Positions 9,006-16,246 of a DNA stretch of 20,637 bases are shown here, one piece after another. Origin of the DNA: a bacterium (GTDB lineage: Bacteria > Electryoneota > Electryoneia > Electryoneales > Electryoneaceae). The position numbers and the translations under genes were made by a program. The DNA lies in assembly GCA_043801585.1 (NCBI GenBank), contig JAZDLX010000217.1, forward strand, positions 1 to 20,637, in the 5' to 3' direction. A model generated the notes under the pieces. The model did not search any database and was not told the DNA's origin. It was given only the letters and a program-made list of their open reading frames with translations. Every line of letters starts with the position of its first letter. Within the stretch, counting starts at the first letter, position 1.

Positions 9006-9907
9006 TAAAGCCCCCCTCCTTGAATGCAGTACGATTCGTGAAGCGGGGATCGTCGAGTATGCAAAAGAGCCTGCGCCATCACAGTATCCGCCAGTTCGGC
9101 ATAAAGGCTCGCCTGAGCCGGGATGTGATCAATCAGGATCAATCCCTGTGCGTAAACTTCTCCGATCTCGCGAGAGAAGGGGATCGAGGCGAGAACAGTG
9201 ATTCCCTCATCGAGGCAATATCGTTCAACTTGGCCGTCTCCGATATCGGAGCGGTTGATGATCACCCCGAATGGGCGAGCCAGCTTACGAGTGGTTTGCA
9301 CAGCGAGCCGCAGGTCGTTCAATCCGAAAGGAGTTGGTTCTGTCACAAGCACAACGTAGTCCGTGTCACGCATCGTCTCAATAACGGGACACGACGTACC
9401 TGGAGGAGCATCTATGATAACCAACCCATCGTTCGGCATCTCAGCTTTTACCTTGCGAATCAACGGGACGGCACTTGCCTCGCCAACATTCAATCGTCCG
9501 GCAACATATTGAATGCCGTGGGATTGCCCCATCTCGACAATCCCTATTGCCCGTTCGGTTTCAGTGATCGCTTTCTGCGGACAAACCAGGCGACAACCGC
9601 CGCAACTGTGGCAAAGCTCGGCATAGGTAAGCACCTTTTTCCTCAACACTACAATGGCGCCAAAACGGCATATGTTGCTACACTCTCCACAACCATCACA
9701 TAATTCCGGGTTGACGTGCGGAACAAGCAATGCTGCCGTCTTGGTGTGCTCGACCTGCGGTGATAGGAACACATGTCCGTTCGGCGCCTCCACATCACAA
9801 TCGATGTAACATACCCCGGACTCTTTTTTTGCGAGCACAAGAGCAAGGTTCACCGCAACCGTTGTCTTGCCTGTGCCGCCTTTCCCGCTCGCAACCGCGA
9901 TTTTCAT
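9005..9907 (-). CDS. MinD-superfamily P-loop ATPase with inserted 2x[4Fe-4S] ferredoxin domain (COG1149-like), paralog
   Basis: MKIAVASGKGGTGKT, DCDVEAPN, CDGCGECSNIC and CHSCGGCRLVCP, DAPPGTSCP, VTEPTPFGLNDL. ATG 9907 follows AGGAG; alternative start at 9928. Confidence 0.92.
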   Translation of the reverse strand: MKIAVASGKGGTGKTTVAVNLALVLAKKESGVCYIDCDVEAPNGHVFLSPQVEHTKTAALLVPHVNPELCDGCGECSNICRFGAIVVLRKKVLTYAELCHSCGGCRLVCPQKAITETERAIGIVEMGQSHGIQYVAGRLNVGEASAVPLIRKVKAEMPNDGLVIIDAPPGTSCPVIETMRDTDYVVLVTEPTPFGLNDLRLAVQTTRKLARPFGVIINRSDIGDGQVERYCLDEGITVLASIPFSREIGEVYAQGLILIDHIPAQASLYAELADTVMAQALLHTRRSPLHESYCIQGGGL

Positions 9908-9928
9908 GATCAAAGCTCCTGCTTCCAT

Positions 9929-10075
9929 CTATGCGAGTGACAATTCTTTTCGGAACATTGCCGCATCACACTTCGGGCATTTCATCCAGTTGCATGGGGT
10001 TCCCCGCTAGCGAGGAACTGTTTCGCCGCCCTTGGTGCAGATGCGTTCACTGCCCTATTCCTTTGCCCTTGCCAT
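9929..10075 (-). pseudogene. Small Cys-rich (zinc-ribbon-like) gene interrupted by two in-frame TAG codons
   Basis: Manual translation: MARAKE*GSERICTKGGETVPR*RGTPCNWMKCPKCDAAMFRKELSLA*. It exactly fills the gap between the NifX stop (10076-10078) and the ATG at 9928. Confidence 0.7.
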
Positions 10076-10444
10076 CTACATCCAATGTCCCTGCACGGTC
10101 GAATCTTGGAGTTGCACCAGTTCACCCTTCTTGAACTTCTCCAACGCTTGACCGACAGTACAGTCGCTACAGGAGAACACTTTGATTCCTGACTCCTGAA
10201 ACGCAGAAAAGGCTTTTGGCCCGCAATGACCAGTGATTACCACGTCGGCACCATGATTGGCCACTAATTCCGCCGCCTGAACCCCGGCTCCGCCCTGAGC
10301 ATTGACATTGTCCTCATTTTTGACCGTTTCGATGTTTTCGGAATTCGGGTCGAAAAACAGGAAATACTGGCACCGACCAAACCGCGGATCGACCGTGTCC
10401 GAGGTTGTTTCTCCGGTTGCTGATATTGCGATTTTCACATGCAC
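10076..10444 (-). CDS. NifB/NifX (MTH1175/orange-protein-like) family protein
   Basis: KIAISATG..VDPRFGRCQYF, GGAGVQAAELV, VITGHCGPKAF, ends VQGHWM. Start is GTG at 10444 or 10438. Confidence 0.9.
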   Translation of the reverse strand: MHVKIAISATGETTSDTVDPRFGRCQYFLFFDPNSENIETVKNEDNVNAQGGAGVQAAELVANHGADVVITGHCGPKAFSAFQESGIKVFSCSDCTVGQALEKFKKGELVQLQDSTVQGHWM

Positions 10445-10451
10445 CTCTGTT

Positions 10452-10718
10452 TTAAGGTTTCGGCAAGAACCGTTGTTTGGGAGCGGAAATCCGTTTTGCC
10501 ACCTCTCCTGACAACCTTCTTAGAACGCTGTTTGGACGCATTAGATCTGCCAAAATGATTCCACTGATTGGAAGGACTACTCTTTCCCAAAATGATGAAC
10601 CGCTCATACTGCCGCCTGGAGGTTTTGGGAATGTTCGATTCTGAATGGAACACCGTCCGAGTTTTCTTCCTGTCCCGGGTCCACCGCCCAGTGGACCTGT
10701 TCTGTCTCCGAGTGGCAT
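10452..10718 (-). CDS. DUF5320-like small protein
   Basis: MPLGDRTGPLGGGPGTGRKLGRC, ATG 10718 after GGGAGG. The C-terminus is atypical. Confidence 0.65.
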   Translation of the reverse strand: MPLGDRTGPLGGGPGTGRKLGRCSIQNRTFPKPPGGSMSGSSFWERVVLPISGIILADLMRPNSVLRRLSGEVAKRISAPKQRFLPKP

Positions 10719-10758
10719 GTTGACCTCCCGCTTACCACAATCCCTATTGTTTGTTCTT

Positions 10759-11148
10759 TTAAGCTCGATGAACATGTCGACGAGGTCTGAGTACCACATC
10801 ATCATGCTCGCATCCATTTACAGTACCGCACTTTGGGCACAACGCTTCGTCCATTGGCTCATGACGTACCGAGCCACCTTCGAGAAACAGTGCTTTGCCC
10901 ATGACCAGCGCCTCGGTCACCTTGGTATGCGCTGACTCAAGTATCCGGGCAGCAGTTTGACGTGAAACTCCCATCCGTTTCGCAATTGCAACCTGATAGA
11001 ACCCGCCCATATGAGCCAATTTCAACGCCTCCAGTTCATCCATGGTGATCGTTTCCCGCTCCAATCCCCTCATGGAGACACCAGCCGGTTTGTAGACAGA
11101 AAACGGAGGTGTGATCGATACGCTTCTCTGTTTACGGGGTCTCGGCAA
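10759..11148 (-). CDS. DUF134 (UPF0251/COG1342) HTH DNA-binding protein with C-terminal CPKCG
   Basis: TTG start after AAGGAGG. PRPRKQR, YKPAG, DELEALKL, MGVSRQT, KVTEALVMGKALFLEGG. Confidence 0.88.
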   Translation of the reverse strand: MPRPRKQRSVSITPPFSVYKPAGVSMRGLERETITMDELEALKLAHMGGFYQVAIAKRMGVSRQTAARILESAHTKVTEALVMGKALFLEGGSVRHEPMDEALCPKCGTVNGCEHDDVVLRPRRHVHRA

Positions 11149-11233
11149 GCAACCTCCTTCAGCTTGTCTCAGTATCTCAACGAATAGTTGGTTTGGGCGG
11201 ATCTTGCTGACTATTCCTAATAGTTGCGTCACG

Positions 11234-11285
11234 TGTTTCGGGAATATGCCCATAACAAGGTAGGGGTGTTTTGGCTGTTTTACAA
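11234..11285 (-). promoter_or_regulatory. Putative sigma70 promoter plus overlapping palindromic operator for the DUF134 operon
   Basis: Minus strand: TTGTAA (11285-11280), 17 nt, TACCTT (11262-11257), overlapping the imperfect inverted repeat TGTTATGGGCATATTCCCGAAACA (11257-11234; 9 of 12 pairs symmetric). Confidence 0.55.
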
Positions 11286-11542
11286 GGTCGACCCAACTCG
11301 GGGAGGGGTTTGATCTTTATTTTTAGAGGGAGTTTCAAGACAGCAAAAAAACAAAAACCTCCTAACACTGTCTGGAGACTTTATAAAAGGGCCCCACAGA
11401 TGTAGGACCATTATTTATCAGCTACCTGACGTCTTTTCCTGTTTCATCAGCACGACCTTCTTCATCTGATTCATCGATGGTTTGTCGGTCATTTTACCCC
11501 CAAACAGGCGGCATCATGGCGCGGATTTGGCACTTATAGAGT

Positions 11543-11585
11543 AAAAGCTATGCCCGCAAACCTGATATTACGAGGCTTACGGGCA
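11543..11585 (-). terminator. Putative intrinsic terminator downstream of tRNA-Ser
   Basis: Minus strand: TGCCCGTAAGCCT-9 nt-AGGTTTGCGGGCA (13-bp stem, 2 G-U) followed by TAGCTTTT. Confidence 0.65.
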
Positions 11586-11590
11586 ATTCG

Positions 11591-11674
11591 CGGAGGATGA
11601 GGGACTCGAACCCCCAAGGGCGTTTCGGCCCGGCGGTTTTCAAGACCGCTGCCTTACCATTAGGCTAATCCTCC
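11591..11674 (-). tRNA. tRNA-Ser(TGA)
   Basis: Acceptor GGAGGAT/ATCCTCC, discriminator G, D arm GCCTAATGGTAAGGC, anticodon arm GCGGT-CTTGAAA-ACCGC, long variable arm, T arm GGGGG-TTCGAGT-CCCTC. CCA is not encoded. Confidence 0.96.
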
Positions 11675-11683
11675 GGACGGTGA

Positions 11684-11712
11684 AAGATAACCCTCGACCC
11701 CGCCCTCGGCAA
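11684..11712 (-). promoter_or_regulatory. Putative sigma70 promoter of tRNA-Ser
   Basis: Minus strand: TTGCCG (11712-11707), 17 nt, TATCTT (11689-11684), 9 nt before the tRNA 5' end. Confidence 0.55.
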
Positions 11713-11884
11713 TCCGGTACGTGCGCTCCTCCGCCAAATAACAACCCGCGCCGGCAATCTCTCCACATCCTGAAATGGACATCGCAGGGTACGCGAGAAA
11801 GCCACAGAAAAGCCCCAACCCGGGTATGAAAATGTCACGAGATGCAGCGTAATTTGGTTTCCAAGATGTGTTTCGAGAAAGGAC

Positions 11885-12490
11885 TCAGCGCACGAGTACG
11901 ATCTTCTGGATACGATGCATCTTACCCGGCACCTCGGCGCGGAGAAAATAGACTCCACTTGCGAGTTCGAAGGCGTTCCAGATCAGCCTGTGTTTTCCGG
12001 CCGGAAGGGTGCCATCCGCGAGCACTGCCACCCGCCGTCCAAGCACGTTGTACACCTCCGCATGGACCCGCGCCGCCAGAGGAAGGTTGATGGCGACTGT
12101 TGTCGACGGGTTGAAGGGATTCGGGTAGGCCGTTCCAATCTCCCACTTCAACGGCAAGGCGATGGGGTCCACGGTATTGGTCGCCATGTCGAAGGCCAGC
12201 TCCACCCCCCAGAAGCCGGCGACCGTACCCCCCGATTTGCCAATCACCGGTTGGCCAAGTGTCGCCGTGATCGAACTTCCTGTCGAGGAGAGGGCCTTTC
12301 CCAGGCCGCCACTGATCGTCCATGCTGAAAATTTCTGTGCGTGGGAAGGAGACGCCACGAGCATGGACATCAGAACGATCGCCAGACCGGTTGCGTACCG
12401 ATACAAGAATCCTATTCGCTGGCGCCGCAGTGCGTCACCTGCCCGGCCGGAGGAGGAAATATTGAATTGGAAACGGCTTCTAATCATCAT
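11885..12490 (-). CDS. Small secreted protein with T9SS type A (Por secretion system) C-terminal sorting domain
   Basis: Signal-like LAIVLMSMLVASPSHA-Q, short ..TLGQP..GFW segment, then AYPNPFNPSTT...VYNVLGRRV...LASGVYFLRAE...KIVLVR. The start codon is uncertain; it overlaps the upstream gene stop. Confidence 0.85.
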   Translation of the reverse strand: MMIRSRFQFNISSSGRAGDALRRQRIGFLYRYATGLAIVLMSMLVASPSHAQKFSAWTISGGLGKALSSTGSSITATLGQPVIGKSGGTVAGFWGVELAFDMATNTVDPIALPLKWEIGTAYPNPFNPSTTVAINLPLAARVHAEVYNVLGRRVAVLADGTLPAGKHRLIWNAFELASGVYFLRAEVPGKMHRIQKIVLVR

Positions 12491-15400
12491 TGTGCCCGTT
12501 ATGCTTTTCCTCGTGCAGCTGTGACACCAATGCTTCCAGGTGTCTCACTCGCGCCGGAAGGCCACCGCGTCCGTTCCTTGGTGGATTGTACGATCCCGTT
12601 GAATCACTTGACTCTTCGTTCTCGAGAAGGGCTTCCAATTCCGCTACCCGTTCTTCCAGCTCACTGTTACGCTGGATCAGGCCCTGAATGGCTGCGAGCG
12701 TTACACCTTCGGCATCGACGGAGCCGATGTGAAGGCTGTCCTGCCCGAGGCCGAAAGCCGTGTAGAAATCCTGGGCTGCTGGACTCATATGTCGAATCCC
12801 GGCATCCTGGCTGCGATAATTCCAGGTTGTCACAGGAAGTTCCTCGAGCTTGAGCAGCAAGTCATCGAGATCAACAGCGGAGATGTTTTCCGTTTGGTTC
12901 CGGTCGCCGAGCATTGACCAGGAACTGCTGCCCGGATTAAGCCTGACACCCGCTGTGCCGTCGTCATTACTCACAAAGCGGAATCCTCCAGTCGCCCGGG
13001 CAGAAAACTGGTTGGGCGCAGTCCCGGAGAACGCAGAGTTCACTCCATCCGCCCAGACAAAGGATCCTTCATCTCCTCCCTGAGCATACCTGCCCGCGAG
13101 GATTGTGGGCGAGCTTGTGCCGGACTCGATGCGGAGTACGCGCGTCAAATTCACGTGGATTTCAAAGGGCTGGCTGTCTCTGGTCCCGATAAAATTGGTC
13201 CCTGGGGTTGTGCCGCTGTTGCCGGTCAAGGACCAGCCGCCGCTACCCGTGTCGTCCACGGCGTCGGCGAAACCTGTGGGGATGCCGGTGAGTTCAGACC
13301 AATCCTTCGCGCCCACGTCGTCACCGTCATCGATGCCCGCAGGACGATTGCGAATCTGACTCCAGTCCAGGCTGGTGGTCGTATCGTCCTTTCCGTCGGA
13401 GAAGCCTGTAGGAATGTTTGTCAGGTCGTTCCAGTCGCTGCTGCCAATGTTGTCCACCCCGTCGGCGAATCCCTCAGGAACCCCGGTCAGGTCGGCCCAG
13501 TTGGTGTTCACACTGTCGCCGTCAGCGAGGTCGGCGGGGATGCCGGTCAGTTCGGACCAGTCGGACGCTCCGGTGTTGTCGACACCGTCCGTGAACCCCT
13601 CGGGAATCCCTGATAGCTCGGACCAGTCTCGAGCGCCCACGTCGTCACCATTGGCGAGATCGGCGGGAATCCCTGTCAGTTCTGACCAATCGGACGCTCC
13701 GGTGTTGTCAACGCCGTCCGTGAATCCCTCGGGAACCCCTGACAGCTCAGACCAGTCTCGAGCGCCTATGTCATCACCATCCGCGAGGTCGGCGGGAATG
13801 CCGGTCAACTCGGACCAGTCTCGAACGCCTACGTCTTCACCCTTGGCGAGGTCGGCGGGAATGCCGGTCAGTTCTGACCAGTCAGACGCTCCGGTGTTGT
13901 CAATGCCGTCCGTGAACCCCTCGGGAACCCCTGACAGCTCGGACCAGTCTCGAGCGCCTACGTCATCACCATCCGCGAGGTCGGCGGGAATGCCGATCAG
14001 TTCTGACCAATCGGACGCTCCGGTGTTGTCAACGCCGTCCGTGAACCCCTCTGGAACCCCTGACAGCTCGGACCAGTCTCGAGCGCCTATGTCATCACCA
14101 TCCGCGAGGTCGGCGGGGATGCCGGTCAGTTCGGACCAGTCTCGAGCGCCCACGTCGTCACCATTGGCGAGGTCGGCGGGAATGCCGGTCAATTCGGACC
14201 AGTCGGACGCTCCGGTGTTGTCAACGCCGTCAGCGAATCCCTCGGGAATCCCGGTCAGTTCGGACCAGTCTGACACTCCAGTGTTGTCAACGCCGTCGGC
14301 GAATCCCTCGGGAATCCCTGACAGATCGGACCAGTCTCGAGCGCCCACGTCATCACCATCCGCGAGGTCGGCGGGAATCCCGGTCAATTCGGACCAGTCA
14401 GACGCTCCAGTGTTGTCGACACCGTCGGCGAAGCCCTCGGGAATGCCGGTCAGTTCGGACCAATCTGAAGCGCCGGTATTGTCGACACCGTCCGTGAACC
14501 CCTCGGGAATCCCGGTCAATTCGGACCAGTCCCTCGCGCCCACGTCGTCACCATCATCAAGACCCGCGGGATGGTTGCGAATCTGAGTCCAGTCAAGACT
14601 GTTGGTTGTGTCGTCTTTGCCATCCGCGAAACCTTCCGGAACATTTTTCAGGTTGTTCCAGTCGCTGCTGCCAACGTTGTCAACGCCGTCGGCGAAGCCC
14701 TCGGGAACACCGGTCAGGTCAGCCCAGTTGGTGTTCACACTGTCGCCATCGGCGATCTCGGCGGGGATGCCGGCCAGGTCGAACCAGGAGAGGGATCCCT
14801 GTGGAAGGTTTGTCAGCCCGGAACCGTCACCGACAAAATATCCTGCCACCACGGAATCTGATGCGTGGACCGAAATTGCAGCAACGCTTCCGACGATAAG
14901 GACTGTGGTGTTCGAGATGTCAACACCGGTTAGGCTGCCATCCGCCACCTCACGTCCGGTGACCGCCTCTTCGGCAATGACGGGATTTGGAAAGCTGCCT
15001 GTCAACGAGCCACCTGCAGGTCCTGTCGGAGCGGCTCCGCCTTCAACTGTCCATGCTTTCAGCGCTACGGTGGTGGAGTCGGCGAATGGTGTATAGTTTG
15101 CCCGTTGTGCCTGGATGGCGTAAGGAACTGAGGTCATCGGCAGCCGAGGATCCAGCTCGTCTTGTTCATCGAATTCGACGGTCAGCCAGACGGGAATTGA
15201 AAAGTCAACCTGTCCGTCAAACGGTGTGACGGATCCCAGTAACACATTTAGCACACCGTTCTCCACCTGAACGGTCTGCAGCTCGCTCCATAGCACCATA
15301 CCATTCGTCTCACTGTCGTACAGGCGGAAGGCGGCACTGTACTCACCGTCGGGAAACGGCTGACCCTCGGCATCCGTCACCGATCCTTGGAAAGAAATCA

Positions 15401-15599
15401 CACCTGGCAGCGTTCCGGTCAGCACAAGCTCTTCAGCCTTAACATTAGGCGACGTCAATGGTTGCTTGGGAGCGTTGGAATTCTGAGGATCACTGCCCAT
15501 GTGGGATGGACCTGCATTCGGATGTGCACAGACGACGATGGGAACCAACGGCAGGATGAAGCAGGTCAGTATTATGATCAACAAACGGATTGTTCTCAT
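12480..15599 (-). CDS. Secreted tail-fibre/adhesin-like repeat protein with C-terminal peptidase S74-like chaperone domain and coiled coil
   Basis: ATG 15599 after GGGAGGG, hydrophobic signal peptide, ISFQG...LWSE..V.NG.LNVLLG...RLPMTSVPYA N-domain, 24 tandem repeats, WSLTGN...NFIGT motif, S74-like LPVTTWNY...RHMSPAAQDFY.AFGLG..I..VDAEGV.LAAIQGL. Confidence 0.85.
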   Translation of the reverse strand: MRTIRLLIIILTCFILPLVPIVVCAHPNAGPSHMGSDPQNSNAPKQPLTSPNVKAEELVLTGTLPGVISFQGSVTDAEGQPFPDGEYSAAFRLYDSETNGMVLWSELQTVQVENGVLNVLLGSVTPFDGQVDFSIPVWLTVEFDEQDELDPRLPMTSVPYAIQAQRANYTPFADSTTVALKAWTVEGGAAPTGPAGGSLTGSFPNPVIAEEAVTGREVADGSLTGVDISNTTVLIVGSVAAISVHASDSVVAGYFVGDGSGLTNLPQGSLSWFDLAGIPAEIADGDSVNTNWADLTGVPEGFADGVDNVGSSDWNNLKNVPEGFADGKDDTTNSLDWTQIRNHPAGLDDGDDVGARDWSELTGIPEGFTDGVDNTGASDWSELTGIPEGFADGVDNTGASDWSELTGIPADLADGDDVGARDWSDLSGIPEGFADGVDNTGVSDWSELTGIPEGFADGVDNTGASDWSELTGIPADLANGDDVGARDWSELTGIPADLADGDDIGARDWSELSGVPEGFTDGVDNTGASDWSELIGIPADLADGDDVGARDWSELSGVPEGFTDGIDNTGASDWSELTGIPADLAKGEDVGVRDWSELTGIPADLADGDDIGARDWSELSGVPEGFTDGVDNTGASDWSELTGIPADLANGDDVGARDWSELSGIPEGFTDGVDNTGASDWSELTGIPADLADGDSVNTNWADLTGVPEGFADGVDNIGSSDWNDLTNIPTGFSDGKDDTTTSLDWSQIRNRPAGIDDGDDVGAKDWSELTGIPTGFADAVDDTGSGGWSLTGNSGTTPGTNFIGTRDSQPFEIHVNLTRVLRIESGTSSPTILAGRYAQGGDEGSFVWADGVNSAFSGTAPNQFSARATGGFRFVSNDDGTAGVRLNPGSSSWSMLGDRNQTENISAVDLDDLLLKLEELPVTTWNYRSQDAGIRHMSPAAQDFYTAFGLGQDSLHIGSVDAEGVTLAAIQGLIQRNSELEERVAELEALLENEESSDSTGSYNPPRNGRGGLPARVRHLEALVSQLHEEKHNGHNDD
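13236..14786 (-). repeat. Intragenic tandem array of 24 repeats of 20-23 aa (60-69 nt)
   Basis: Main types: A = WSELTGIPEGF(A/T)DGVDNTGASD (22 aa, 8 copies) and B = WSELTGIPADLADGDDVGARD (21 aa, 7 copies), plus a duplicated 4-unit flanking block and one terminal unit. Total 517 aa. Confidence 0.95.
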
Positions 15600-16246
15600 G
15601 GAGCCCTCCCACTGTTTTTTGGGAGTGTGAATATTCACGTTGTGGCATTACTTAAAGAGAGCTGGGTTGCGGTCTGTAAACGGTGATATGCAATAGAGAT
15701 GTACCCCCGCAACGGAGCCTTCGCCGCACAACGGATTCAGAAAGCCGAATACGAAATATTAATTGATACAGTACTCAGCGTTTTGTTCAGTTATCCTAAA
15801 CTTTACAATTAGCTCCAGGAATTCCAGTAGAAAAATCATTAGATAGAAAAAACGAGAGGCAACTGATTATACAGACTTGGTGAACATTCATTTCTATAAC
15901 AGTCATTTCCATAACTGATGTATTGCAACTTCCGTTCGCTGATACACGAGAAAACAGATCAAGATGACAACGTTGAGAGGCAAATGTTTGGAGTATCTAA
16001 TATTAAACCATGGACCAGTCTGATATTTGTGACGTGGGTCACCAAGCGAAAAATACCAAGGGCTCGAGAGAAACGCATTTCCAGGGAGTAAAGTATTGAT
16101 TATTTCGCAGATAGATAGTATGACAAGGTTGTCATTCAAGCGTGGTTGGTGATGTGAACCGTAACGCGAGGCGTGCATGAGTGGAGTGTGTGGCGGCAGG
16201 CGAGAAATTCTCGGTATCAAGGTAACCAGGCCAAGCGCCGAAAAAT

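Larger units (their letters stand above)
6961..11646. mobile_element. Putative tRNA-Ser-integrated islet carrying an ORP-like operon (no integrase seen)
   Basis: Bounded by an intact tRNA-Ser and a displaced 3' tRNA fragment in direct orientation. The cargo looks less GC-rich than the maeB and ALDH genes by eye. Confidence 0.7.

Noticed and set aside
7241..10444. Nitrogen fixation cluster
   Set aside because: NifB/NifX-family domains occur widely outside diazotrophs. There is no nifH/D/K or radical-SAM NifB here.
13375..14586. 403-aa plus-strand Ser/Pro-rich repeat ORF
   Set aside because: Antisense shadow of the repeat region of the minus-strand fibre gene.
13236..14786. CRISPR array
   Set aside because: Unit lengths are multiples of 3 within one ORF, there are no unique spacers, and no cas genes are present.
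12480..15599. Prophage remnant
   Set aside because: The protein has a signal peptide and a T9SS-sorted neighbour. No capsid, terminase, portal, tail or integrase genes are present.
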